Part shown: one piece after another, positions 1 to 11,649 of the stretch | How the letters are laid out: each line of letters opens with the position of its first letter | Position numbering within the stretch: position 1 is the stretch's first letter | Source of the DNA: Octopus sinensis | Lineage: Eukaryota | DNA: 64,000 bases | Assembly (NCBI RefSeq): GCF_006345805.1 | Contig: NC_042997.1 | Span: forward strand, 164,858,001 to 164,922,000 | Direction of reading: 5' to 3' | The notes under the pieces: generated by a model | The model's input: the letters and a program-made list of their open reading frames with translations, nothing else | Told to the model about the DNA's origin: nothing | The model's database searches: none | Position numbers and translations under genes: made by a program

Positions 1-33
1 TAAGATGATAAATAAATTGCACTTCATATTCAA

Positions 34-114
34 GGCTCCGATGAAGCTATAAGATGTTAATAAGGCACTCAACAATGAGTCCACTGCTTCTTATAGCAGA
101 AACAACTGTGAGTT
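34..114 (+). ncRNA. Hammerhead ribozyme-like motif (type I, probably inactive) in a Penelope-like LTR fragment
   Basis: Stem I GGCT(34-37)/AGTT(111-114); core CCGATGA(38-44); perfect 9-bp stem II GCTATAAGA(46-54)/TCTTATAGC(89-97); GAAAC(99-103)-AACT-GTG. The cleavage triplet is GUG, which violates the NUH rule. Confidence 0.5.
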
Positions 115-154
115 AATGAAGTTTATAAGGTAATCGTTTATTCCTTTGTCATCT

Positions 155-213
<59 letters not shown>

Positions 214-216
214 ATA

Positions 217-483
217 TTCTTGGTGAAGGCTTGTTTATGGGGTTACCCTGGGTTTCCCGTCCATAGAGGGTTTAACTTTGTGGCGTATCGTCACACCCAA
301 AGACCTGTTGGCCTAAGACCTCTTTAAAATATGGAGGGGAAAAGTTTTGGTAGAAAGGCAGATGAGCCTTCCCCCCTCCATATTTTTAAAGAGGTCTTAT
401 GCCAACAGGTCTCGGGGTCTGATGATACGCCACAAAGTTAAAACCTCTATGGACGGGAAACCCAGAGTAACCATCACCAAGAA
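217..483. repeat. Long inverted repeat / palindromic MITE-like element
   Basis: Ends TTCTTGGTGA(217-226)/TCACCAAGAA(474-483). Arms about 241-341 and 368-473 are reverse complements with a handful of mismatches, around a loop of about 25 nt. Confidence 0.9.
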
Positions 484-570
484 AAAATCAGACTGCTCTA
501 CTTTTTAGAGTGTGCTTCTTCTCCGGATTTATGTTTTTCTAAAAACTCTGTGTGTGTATGTATATATATA

Positions 571-635
<65 letters not shown>

Positions 636-637
<2 letters not shown>

Positions 638-730
638 CGTTTTTGTATCTGGTTTGCAAGATTCTTTATGAGAATTCGTGTGTTGGAACAAACTTTGTTG
701 TGTCTGGGCAGTATAACTCTCCCCAGACAC
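636..730 (+). mobile_element. Unclassified dispersed repeat fragment (longer copy at 42178-42378)
   Basis: TTCGTTTT..TGGTTTGCAAGATTCTTTATG..TTCGTGTGTT..GTTGTGTCTGGG is shared by both sites. Confidence 0.6.
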
Positions 731-1201
731 AACAATCTGTGTGTTTGTGTGTTCAGTGTTTGTCATTACTTTCATACTGTTTGAGTCTAGCATTTAGTAT
801 TTACAGTAGCTGAGGAATAAAAAATGAAGAGGATGGCCAGTCACTACGATATCATACGATATATGGCAGCTCGCCATCATGTCTTTTCGCTTATAGAAAC
901 TTAGTACGGGATTAAGAACATCTACTAGAGTAGACACACACATATACGCACACACACACAAATAAACATGATTTGTACATTTTATTTTCGTATTTTTACA
1001 AGTTTACAATACTACATATTACAATAATACAAGTACGTTCATGTAATAAGACATGATAGTACCTGCATTATTGTAACATGTAATATTGTAAACTCGCAAC
1101 AATAGAAAAGCACAATGTAAAAACCTATGTTGGAATTTCATTGACTAATATATTTAAACTATACAAAATTTTATAAGCCAAAGGACATTCGCGTGTATAT
1201 G

Positions 1202-1240
<39 letters not shown>

Positions 1241-1334
1241 ATTGCAAACTGCTATTCATATTATTTTTATAATATATATAGCTATATCTATATCTACACA
1301 CACACACACATACACACACATACACATACACACA

Positions 1335-1365
<31 letters not shown>

Positions 1366-1572
1366 TATGTATGCATGTATGTATATATGTTTATATGTAC
1401 AATGCATATATGTATATAGGTGCAATAGTCTTTTTTGTGTATCTGTGACTGAACTGCACAGCAAGCTTTACTATATTTTCTTGTTAGGACGATAAGCTAC
1501 GATTTCAAGAAAATTAAACTATTTCGAACAGCTCATGTGACCACCAAGACGGGCTCACGTTCATTCTTGTAG

Positions 1573-1666
1573 CTTTTTGCATCGTACCAATGTTTTCCCA
1601 ATTCAAATAACGCTACACTAATTGCCATCCTTCTTGGAGCCGATGCTGATCTTGCATTTAAGGAAA
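1573..1666 (+). CDS. Candidate internal coding exon of an unidentified host gene (LFASYQCFPNSNNATLIAILLGADADLAFKE)
   Basis: Acceptor TTCATTCTTGTAG (AG 1571-72), donor AA|GTAACT (1667). The 94 nt are open in only one frame and the sequence is non-repetitive. No homologue recognised. Confidence 0.4.
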
Positions 1667-2139
1667 GTAACTTTCCTCCTCCTCCTCCTGCTCTTCTTCC
1701 TCCCCCTCCTCTTCCTCCCCCTTCTTCTTTTTCTCGCTCTCTTTCTCTCTCATTTCTTTCACCCTCACAATTAATTCCCCTCCTCTGCAATTATATTTTC
1801 GGTGTTGATGTTCTTGCACAACGTTGTGTATATATATTCGCAAAACAATTCAGGCGTTAGAATAATTCAGAGTGTTTTTGTGGAAAACAGGAGTGTACAC
1901 ATACCTAAAGACAAGCACATACGGACACATATATCCATACACATACGTAATTGTTCATACCGAAGTATGCTGTATGTATATATGTATGTATGTACTCTCG
2001 TTAAATTACACACCAGTGAAAAGAAAGAAGAAAAAACACAATCGGGCAACTATACCGACTTCCTTTTTATTTTTCTGGTTACCGTTGCAAATTCGCAACC
2101 TACGCTTCTCTATACACACACATATTTACGTTTGTACAA

Positions 2140-2276
2140 GTTTATATATATACATACATATATATATATGTATATATATACATATATATATACATGCATA
2201 TATATATATATATATACATTATATATATATATATATATATAATATATATATATATATATAATATATATATATATAG

Positions 2277-2309
<33 letters not shown>

Positions 2310-2479
2310 ACATATATATATATATATACATATATACATATATATATATATATACATATTATATATACATATATGTAGATATATACATATATATATACAC
2401 ATTATATATATAAATATATATATACATTATACACACATTATATATATATATACATATATATATACATATATACACACAT

Positions 2480-2522
<43 letters not shown>

Positions 2523-2638
2523 TACACACATTATATATATATATATATATATACATATATACACACATATATATATTATATATATATACATTATATAACA
2601 CATTATATATATATATATATATATACATATACACACAT

Positions 2639-2674
<36 letters not shown>

Positions 2675-2709
2675 TATATATATATATATATATATACATA
2701 TATACACAC

Positions 2710-2753
<44 letters not shown>

Positions 2754-2908
2754 TACACACATTATATATATATATACATATATATATACATATAACACAC
2801 ATATATATATATACATATATACACACATTATATATATATATATACACACACACATTATATATATATATATCTACATACATACATATATATACATACATAC
2901 ATGCATAC
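2140..2908. repeat. Compound (TA)n/(CA)n microsatellite
   Basis: Directly visible low-complexity tract. Confidence 0.95.
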
Positions 2909-3048
2909 ATGGTCTTCTTTAGTTTTCGTCTACGAAATCCACTTATAAGGTTTTTGTAGGTCTGAGGCTATAGTAGAACACACTTGTCCAAGATGCCACG
3001 CTGTAAGACTAAACTTAGAACCATGTAGATAGGAAGCACACAGCCGCC
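2909..3048 (-). mobile_element. tRNA-derived SINE family A, degraded 5' half
   Basis: Reverse-complement similarity to the near-intact copy at 53665-54137. Confidence 0.7.
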
Positions 3049-3102
3049 TCTATATGTATGTATCTCTCTCTCCCCCCTCTCTCTCTCTGTATATATATAT
3101 AT

Positions 3103-3160
3103 CCTTAAATCCTTAAAAATGCTTCAGCCCGAAAGCTGTGGCCATGCTGGGGCACCACCG
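3103..3160 (-). mobile_element. Retroposon 3' tail fragment
   Basis: Minus strand GGTGCCCCAGCATGGCCAC-AGCT-TTCG-GGCT-GAAGC followed by TTTAAGGA repeats. Confidence 0.5.
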
Positions 3161-3665
3161 TTGAATGAGCTACACTAGTATATATATATAATTTATTCTG
3201 TTATTCATTTAAATACCAGACTGGTCAACCTACCTCTCTTTGGAAATTAGTCCCATCTTAGTACTCATATCTTACTTCGGCGTCAACTTTTATGACAAAC
3301 TTATTTTATCACTATTATTTACTTTAATATTTTTCTGATTTGACATTTGTTCTCGAGTGTTAAAATTTATCTCCACTTATCTACTGCTTCTTACTCTGAA
3401 TTTGTATTGTTGTATGGCCTATACTCCCTTGAAGTAAAACATAAATAGCGACACGCTGTGTACACCTACTGCCTGCGAATATATACAGTCAACTTACTCT
3501 CTGTAGTAGAGTTGACGTTTTCAACCACCATGAATCCCTCGAAGGATCAGTTACTAGGTTCCTATATCAACCTCCTCCTACAGATGCACATATACCCTTA
3601 TATATGTACCTATACAGGTTTGTGTATATAATATCTACTCCCTCACCCCACTTCTCTTATCTCTC

Positions 3666-3709
<44 letters not shown>

Positions 3710-3845
3710 TGATTGAACAAAATAATGGCAACACCTAGCACCTTGAAATATCTATAAAACCGTCAAAAGCTTGTTTATCTGAAAGTTTTTTGATTTATTA
3801 TTAATGTGCTTAATATGTTTTGCTAAAATTGCGGTTTCTTTTCAG

Positions 3846-3860
3846 ATATCATCAGAAAAG
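3846..3860 (+). CDS. Candidate 15-nt microexon (ATATCATCAGAAAAG)
   Basis: Acceptor GGTTTCTTTTCAG (AG 3844-45), donor AAG|GTAATT (3861). Length is a multiple of 3 with no stop in any frame. TGC at 3830-3832 and a CTAA branch-like motif at 3823-3826. Confidence 0.4.
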
Positions 3861-4254
3861 GTAATTAAAATTCATTAAAATGATAGATCTACGTGCGTGT
3901 GTGGCCATCTGTACATATGGATTTGAATAATAACGAGAATAAAGGTATCTCGAATGCTATGCAAAATAAATTCTTAATTTACTGAAATTATCTTCCTTTC
4001 GTAAAAAATTGGACAAATGCCCTGAGGCAATTTCGTTCACATCCAAATGAAAAAGGGAGATAATTGCAAGAGTCAAGAGGCGTCTAAAATAGACATGCCA
4101 AAAGGAAAAGCGTATGATTGCTTGGTGATAAGAAGATGGCTATGTACACATGTTTCTGACACAGTGAACATCTTCAACTTAGCAGTTGTTCTTTGAATCC
4201 AGCCGAAAAGCATTTCTTTCAACGCTGTAACGACTCTGCTGTTTCACCACCCTT

Positions 4255-4470
4255 AATAATAGTTTCTAACTTATGCACTATGCTAACAATTTTTGGGGAA
4301 GGGTGTTAATCGATATCATTGATTCTAGTACTTGACTGGTATCTAATTTCATGAATGTTGGAGGGATTAAAGGCAAACTTGACATCGGCGGAGTTCGAAC
4401 TCAGATCAGACAGAAAGAGCCGTAACAACTACCGCGAAGCAATTTTCGAGACCCTCTCACGATTCTTTAC
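4255..4470 (-). mobile_element. SINE family C, degraded
   Basis: Minus strand B-box-like GAGTTCGAACTCCGCCGATGTCAAGTTTGCCTTT, matching copies at 16829 and 18414. Confidence 0.6.
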
Positions 4471-4822
4471 AAGAATTGTTTCTAGTCTAGACTAAGGGCC
4501 AGAAACATGTAGGGAGGCGAGGGGGACATATGATTACCTCTCTAACACTTAGTTGTCGCTGACCCTGAATTGACTTATGCAGCAACTGAACTTAAACTGT
4601 AGCAGAAACAATGGAATCGATCGTCGTGTGTGTCACATACGTATTGTATCGATTCCGGAAGAATGTTTAAAGACCAAATGAACCTCAGTAGGACTTGAAG
4701 ACGAGAATGTAGAGACGCAAAAATAATTACAAGAATGCGTTTAGTCTGACGGCAGACGGCGTTGATCATAACAATTTCTTACCTTGGCACTATTTACCAA
4801 TAACAAGAACCCAATAACAGCG

Positions 4823-4857
<35 letters not shown>

Positions 4858-4961
4858 ACATATGTCTCATCAGGATATTTTGCAAGAAAGGAACATAATG
4901 GTTATGAAACGAACCAGCGAACGTCCACCTCTCACGTCACCCCGCTCTTCCTTCCTTTCCT

Positions 4962-4993
<32 letters not shown>

Positions 4994-5729
4994 TTCTTTC
5001 TTTCTTTCCCTACATACATATCTGTTTTTTGTTTGTCTCTATCTCTCTCATCGCGCGCGCGTGTGCATGTGTATGTGTGGGTGTGTGTACATGATCGTAT
5101 GCGTGTGAACGCGTGCGCGCGCAGGCGCATGCATGTGCATAGATATTCAGCCATGTTGTACCAAGTAGCCTTCCTTGCAGGTCCACACTACAAAACAACC
5201 GCATCGCCGGGTTCATATGCTAAATATGACTAACATAATAAAATATTAATATGGCTTACAGTCAGTCCAACTCTGTCTCCTCGAATGTTAACAGCATTGC
5301 AAGAGTTAAAACTGACATTCAGTGTTTCTCTCACTAGATTAAACATTAACAACCGACACTAACACACGCAGACAAGCAAAACAGCCACAAAAGAAAGATT
5401 GGCAGGGCAGACGACACAAGTAACAATATGCGCGCGCACACACACACATATTTGAGTAAACAGTCTGCTTTATACTCTCTGTGTACTGTATTTATATCAT
5501 TGTGAGTTCATACGAGCGATGAAATTATATTACTGATTAAAATTGCGCACGCGTATGTGCGTACTTGTGTGTGCGTGTGCGCGCGCACGTACTCGTGTTT
5601 CTCTTTTCCTCACTCTTTATAAATACATATGCATGTAAGCGCGCGCTCATATTTCTCTCTCCTTCTCTATGTGTGTGTACATGTCCATTCGCATAAATAT
5701 ATATGCACACATCCATCTATGCACACACG

Positions 5730-5764
<35 letters not shown>

Positions 5765-6143
5765 TATTATATATATACATGTATAGATGCACACAAGTGA
5801 TAAACTGATAATCATGAACCTGTCTTTTCGTTTTGGGCTTTCAAGACTTGTGCACGCGTCTCCTCCCCTCCCCTCCTCCCCTCCCCCCCTCTCTCTCTCT
5901 CTCTCTGTACATGTGATTATGAACGCAATGTACCGTAGTGTTCCATACCTAGTGGCAAAACATATGGGAGTCCATTGGCCATTATAGCGGGCTCTGGTCC
6001 ATTCTGAGGTCATGTCTTCTTCATATCACATGTTTTACTTTATTCCTAACATTTATACTTTACATTCACTGAGGATCGGCGATTTCTACATGAAACCACA
6101 GTAAGAATTTAAACATATTTAGCAACACCTATACATACATACA

Positions 6144-6175
<32 letters not shown>

Positions 6176-6249
6176 ATATGCTCAAGATTACATTATCTAA
6201 ATATGTATTTTCCTCTTTAAGACGGTGTTTAACTTGAGCGAGATGTGTT

Positions 6250-6690
6250 TGTGATTTCAAGCTTTCGAGTGAATATAATTAGTAAGGAGTCTATGCCCCA
6301 AATCTTCATACCTCATAATGACACGACTGCATTGTTTGATGTCTCTATGGGTAAATTTGACGGGGCTGAAATCGCCAACCTAGTCGTGTTATACATTTTG
6401 GATACCCTCAAGGTCGGCCCTCTATAGTGACGATGGCTTGGCTATCTCAGGCCACATAAATGGCCACGCCATGGATAGGTTCAAGAAGGACTTGATAAAA
6501 ATATTCAAAGAGTGGACGAACTCCAAACCCACTCTCCTCACTCCAAAAGAATTAGGAAAAGTAAAATAATCTGGTATAACCCACCATCTAACCTAGACGT
6601 TTCTACCAACGTAGCAAGATGCTTCCCGTCATTAATAAAGAAACATTTCCCCAGAAGCCGTATTACAAACTTTCCAGCCCCAATAATGTA
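6250..6690 (+). mobile_element. Penelope-like retroelement RT remnant, internally deleted
   Basis: Translates across frameshifts to LFDVSMGKFDGAEIANLVVLYIL / LYSDDGLAI..DRFKKDLIKIFKE / RKSKIIWYNPP..VSTNVAR, typical Penelope-like RT palm and post-RT motifs. Confidence 0.8.
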
Positions 6691-8003
6691 AACTCTTTTG
6701 ATCTGTGTATGTGTGTGTGTGAGTGTGTGTGTGAGAGAGAGAGTGTGTGTGTGAGGGGGTGCTGCAATTCTGTAGTCTCAGGACAGCGAAAAATGTTGTA
6801 ACTGAATGGTTTCATACCAAAAAGATAGAGGTATATTCAGCAATCACCGGACATAACTGTGTCCAACGATTGCTAAATATACTTCTACATTTTTGATATA
6901 AAACAGTACAGAAAAAAAAATCAGTAGTTTTAAAACTATGATAATATTGTATAAATAATATACCCACTGTTACCTAGTACGCGAATGCCTGTTTTTCTTT
7001 CCTGACTCATGATAACTTATTGGACAACTACACATCCACCTAATTATGTTGTTATATCTCCTCTGTAATACACAATGAATAATTCCGTCGTGGCACAATA
7101 ATGGTAGTATTACACCATTATATTTGTTTTATTTTGGAATAATAGCATTATGTATTATGAAATACTTAAGTTGATCATTATATTTGAGATACTGTTTGTA
7201 TGAAATGCATCACAGAAGTGGTCTGTGAATTGGTTAGTTGGGAAGAATCTAAAATTTCGGACCTTATTCTTGCATATAAGAGAAGCAGAGAAGCTTTGGC
7301 TATGGGAGAATAAGTGGAGAAATTGAAGTTCAAGAAGAGTTAGCATGAGGAGTGAGAATGGTAAGCTGAGAGAGAGGGAGAGAAAGAAGGGGAGAGAGGG
7401 AGAAAGCGAGAGAATAATGATAAAGGGTCAGACATTTTGGGTGCAAGGTGAACGAAATGGAGTAACCAAGAATTGGAAAGGGATGGGAGAATGGTCCAGT
7501 ACCTCAAGCAAAGCAAAAGTGAATAATAAATAAATGGTGTTTAAGTAAAGAGAGAAAGAGAGAGAGAGAGAGAGAAAGGGAGAGGGAGAAAGAGTGAGGA
7601 AAGGGGAACGGTAAGTGGAGGTAAGACTAGCCGCACCTAGAAAAGCTATTTCAGTGTAAATGCACCAGTAGAATATTCTTAATATAGAATGACCGAATTA
7701 TTTAGCCAGTAGTAATAGACGCACGTAAATAGTTTGCCCTCGTTTACCGGCATGCAGACATACATTCGTACAAATATATACGTAAACACATGTAGGAGTA
7801 TATGCACCCATACATATATGTCTGCATACACGCCCATATATACACAGACATAGAGTATTCTTAATTGAAATAACAGAAAGCAAGAGGGCACTAGAGACAA
7901 GCTAGGGCAGATTAAGAGGAAGGCAGACTTATAGGAAGTAGAGGCGTATATTCATATCCTGCTGAGCAGAGGTTCTTGTTTTAAGATGACACGCTTTTCT
8001 CAG

Positions 8004-8089
8004 CGCGTGCACAGTTGAACCATGGAGCAGGACAACACCACAGACTGACATTAAACAGCAGGAGAGCTCCAAAGTCTGGCATCAAACAG
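8004..8089 (+). CDS. Weak candidate exon (86 nt)
   Basis: Acceptor CGCTTTTCTCAG, donor CAG|GTACAG. Open in two frames (e.g. RAQLNHGAGQHHRLTLNSRRAPKSGIKQ). No homologue recognised. Confidence 0.2.
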
Positions 8090-8367
8090 GTACAGAGGAA
8101 TAGAGACAGGGATGAACAAACTAAAGCCTGTAGTAGGCCAAATCCAGCCAGCTGACTTCGCTGAATATGCAATGTTGCATACAAACGTTCGCTGTTTTAC
8201 TTATCTATCTTTCGAGTACAAATACTGAAATCCAGAGTCGGAAAATATAAAAGAAAATATGTCTTCATTTGCAGTGACCCTGAATGAATCGGTGAGTCTT
8301 TGAATAGTAGATATTTTCGAAACAGTGACTAAACGCGTCTCTCATGAAACCTCAACATAGTTTACAT

Positions 8368-8574
8368 CATGGTTCCAAAACATTTTCAGTCTGCCACCCC
8401 CTTGGCACCCGAGTTACATTTCTAGCGCTCCTTCCCCCTCCCCACCACAATCATAGACATACATAACCCATTATTTTTTCTACATCCATCGCCCCCTTTT
8501 CGCCACACTTCAACGATTCCCTGGACCTTTCCACGACACCAAAGGGGCAGTACCACCCAATTTGGGGTCCACTG
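8368..8574. mobile_element. hAT (Charlie/Buster-type) MITE
   Basis: Imperfect TIRs CATGGTTCCAAAA / reverse complement CAGTGGACCCCAAA; perfect 8-bp TSD GTTTACAT at 8360-8367 and 8575-8582. Confidence 0.8.
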
Positions 8575-8948
8575 GTTTACATGAATAACAGATTTTAAGA
8601 ATGTGGAGAGTTAGGAAAATGTTTAGATGTCCATTAAGAAGAGCAACTAAACTGGCTGACGGCACATTTACACTGAATCTACGGTCGCATCCATTCACCC
8701 AAACTAAAAATGTTTAAAATCATCCTTGAATGCCACGGCATTCATGATGCATTCCGATTTTACGTATTTTACTCTTTGTGCTGATATATCCATTCACAAT
8801 TTGATTACCACTCACTGTGGAAAGCGATTTTACCATGCAGCTTTGAAACAGAATACTCTCCTTATGCTGTAAAAAGCAAAGGCACCCCCAGTGACACTTT
8901 TAGAAACGACAGTTTTTTTTAGGTTTACTTCATGTTTTTCCCACATAG

Positions 8949-9337
8949 AAGCGGGCGTGGCTGCGTGGTAAGAAGCGTGTTTCCTAACCACATGGTTCCG
9001 AGTTCAGTCCCACTTCGTGGTACCTTGAGCAAGTGTCTTCTACTATTGCCTCGATCCGACCAAAACCTTATAAGTAGAGTTGGCAGATGAAAACTGAAAG
9101 AAGCCAGTTGTGTGTGTGTATGTGTGTGTGTGTGTGCACGTTTGTCCCCCACCTCCGCTAGACAACCGGTGTTGTGTGTGTTTACGTTCGGCAAAAGTAA
9201 CTGATAGAATAAGTACTAGGTTAAAAAAAAAAAACCCAGTAAATCCTGAGGTCGATTTCTTCGACTAAAACACTTCAAGGCAGTGTTTCAACATGGCGAC
9301 AGTCAAATGACAAAGAAAAAAAAAAGAAGTAAAAGAT
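8949..9337 (+). mobile_element. tRNA-derived SINE family A
   Basis: GTGGCTGCGTGGTAAGAAGC head, B-box-like GAGTTCAGTCCC, central (TG)n, and CATGGCGACAGTCAAATGAC tail. Confidence 0.8.
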
Positions 9338-10125
9338 ATTTCAACAAATATCTCTTTACAGAGCAAAAATCAAATACTTTTAACGGTGAATAGGAAAACT
9401 GTAACTCGCGAAAATATGTTACAGAGAACTATTGCAGAAAATATCAGTTCTATTTCTTGGTGGATAATTAACATTATTACGGGAATGAACCTGGAATTTA
9501 ATAAAGCAGTTAAAGAGTTAAATGACTAACGATCTTCCATTGAAATATGTAATGTTTTTTGCTATATAAATACTAATCAGCGACCAATACAATGGCAGCC
9601 ATTTTGGCCGAATAAATCAAACTCAAGAAAATTTTCTTTCTTCCACTCTGTACGTGATATTTTCTGCAGTTGTCCGATCTTGCTCTTTTACATAAAACAC
9701 TTCATAACCGAATCAAGCTCTTCCTCTAGTCACATTTACAGATGTCTTAAAATAATAAGATACGTTTAAATTGAATGATAACCAATATTGCCGAATATCT
9801 TTCACTCAGGTCACGAATGCAAATAACAGTATTTTTAGTAACATGCGAACTCAATATTTGACTTTACGAACATGGAAATGTATGCAATGCATTCTCTTCA
9901 ACATGTTTTATATAAATCTATTTTTAATAATGTTTTAACTTCAAACCGGTTTGTTGTATTCCTCTGCATGTATTATTGTCCATTTTCACCTTCAATTTCA
10001 CTAATTTTATGAGAACACGTGCTGTTTAATTATTTCGATTGATTTACTTTTACTATATTTTTATTTTACTTTTGAAAGAAACGCGCTAGCGTGCGCACAC
10101 TCACATTCGTAATACCACAAAAAGG

Positions 10126-10201
<76 letters not shown>

Positions 10202-10313
10202 ATGTATATTCATATGTTATGGAAGTATGTATACAGGCTTAACAAGCGAATCATTAATCTCAGATTTCTAATCAAGCAGAAGGGCGACATCATGAGCAAT
10301 AAGAAGGTACATT

Positions 10314-10457
10314 ATTTACATTTGACGGATATTTGTCCTCATATTGTTTGTTAACACAACGTTTCGGCTGATAATACCTTCCAGCCTTCATCAGGTGTCT
10401 TGGTGAAATTTCGAACCTGGGTTCTCATTCCTAAGGCATTTTTCGATATTGATGTTG

Positions 10458-10488
<31 letters not shown>

Positions 10489-10645
10489 CATTGTTATTAT
10501 TGTTATTGTTATTATTATTATTATTATTATTGTTATTATTGTTATTGTTATTATTATTATTATTATTATTCAGGTCACTGCTTGGAATCAAACTCGGAAT
10601 CTTGGGATTAGTAACCCGCGCTCTTAACCTCTATGCCATATGCCC
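10314..10645 (-). mobile_element. Composite element: tRNA-like head + (AAT)n + hammerhead-containing tail
   Basis: Minus strand head 10645-10571 has A-box-like TGGCATAGAGG, arm GGGTTACTAATCCC and B-box-like GAGTTTGATTCC. It is followed by the AAT/AAC tract, then the hammerhead at 10399-10353. Confidence 0.7.
10353..10399 (-). ncRNA. Minimal type I hammerhead ribozyme
   Basis: Stem I GACAC/GTGTT; core CTGATGA plus one extra A; stem II GGCTG/CAGCC with an 11-nt loop; GAAAC-GTT with palindromic ACGT replacing stem III. Confidence 0.75.
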
Positions 10646-11265
10646 GTGGGTTGAAGCACATTTATTCTATCACAGTAGTTGTTTTTCACTAGAATAATTA
10701 CTAATAATGAAACTGTAGCTAAAGTTATTTTGAGAGAAGCTTATTATTAGCTAAGAAATAAAACTATTTAACGATGGTGAATTAATGATTTCTTGTATGC
10801 TAGCAAGAGCTGGAAAAGTATGTCTATAAAAATTTAGTTTTAAGAATATTAGTCTGTCTGCAAAAGTAGTAATTATAATTATGAACGTCGAAAGTATAAG
10901 AGATTAACTTCATGTGACAATGAAGCATTAACACACAACACTCCCAATCGTTTTCTCGGACTCTTGATGAATCAATAGGTGTGTTTGACAATCCAATGTT
11001 GTTCGGTCGAAAAATGATGGATGAACAAGCTTTACTGAGCAGCACGCAGAGAAGAAATACTGATGAAGACTTTTCCAAAGCAGCGGAGGCAACACTAATC
11101 TGGGTTTGTGTAAAACAACTGATGGTGAGGAGGAAAAAATATGTCGTGTCAAAGAAGGTTCCATTGGACACGTCTACGAAGCTCGTAACATATTGGATTT
11201 ACGAATTGTACGGTGTTTCACTGAAGCATTTATCAGTGAGCACTTGAAGAAGAACAGATCAGTCA

Positions 11266-11649
11266 TCTCTCTATATATAAACGGCAGCTTGTCTGTGCGT
11301 GTTTCTGTGTGTCTGTTTGCTTGTACCCTCACCCTGACCACGGCTTTCAACCGATTCTGATGAAACTTGACACACACATAGCCCAATGTCATAATTCAAA
11401 ACTAACGCAGCCAAAATTTGGAAAAGTTCCCCCAGTTCTGAAAAAAATCGATAAATTCGACATGGGGTCGAGAATCAGAAACACAAACCACAAACTGTCT
11501 AGGGAACGCAACTCCACCTTTTTTAACTCTCAAAAAAAATTTACCATCATTTTTTTCCATTTTTTTGCTATTTTTTGGCTATAACTCTCTAAAAATGCTT
11601 TATAGTTATTTCCCTTACAAACCTGAGCAACGCCGGGCGATACTGCTAG
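11266..11649 (+). mobile_element. Non-autonomous Helitron-type element
   Basis: A|TCTCTCTATATATAAAC 5' end, CAACGCCGGGC subterminal motif and CTAG|T 3' end; inserted at an AT dinucleotide with no TSD. A related copy lies at 16278-16717. Confidence 0.85.

Noticed and set aside
419-470. CTGATGA..GAAAC inside the 217-483 hairpin as a hammerhead
   Set aside because: No stem II complementarity, and the region is sequestered in the long hairpin.
4784-5233. 149-aa plus-strand ORF
   Set aside because: Built largely from (TAC)n, (TTTC)n and (TG)/(CG) repeats; no domain signal.
5717-6013. Minus ORF with ankyrin-like WTPICFATRYG
   Set aside because: A single weak repeat, an in-frame stop five codons upstream of the ATG, no good acceptor, and it runs into (GA)n.
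9590-9610. YY1-like motifs (GCAGCCATTTTG here; CAAGATGGCCGCC near 50157)
   Set aside because: Isolated short motifs without promoter context are expected by chance.
10571-10645. Functional tRNA gene
   Set aside because: The acceptor stem does not close, the A and B boxes are degenerate, and it is fused to repeat sequence; it is a SINE-type head.
10928-11247. Overlapping ORFs with protein-like composition
   Set aside because: No recognisable motif or convincing splice pair; cannot distinguish a decayed TE from chance.
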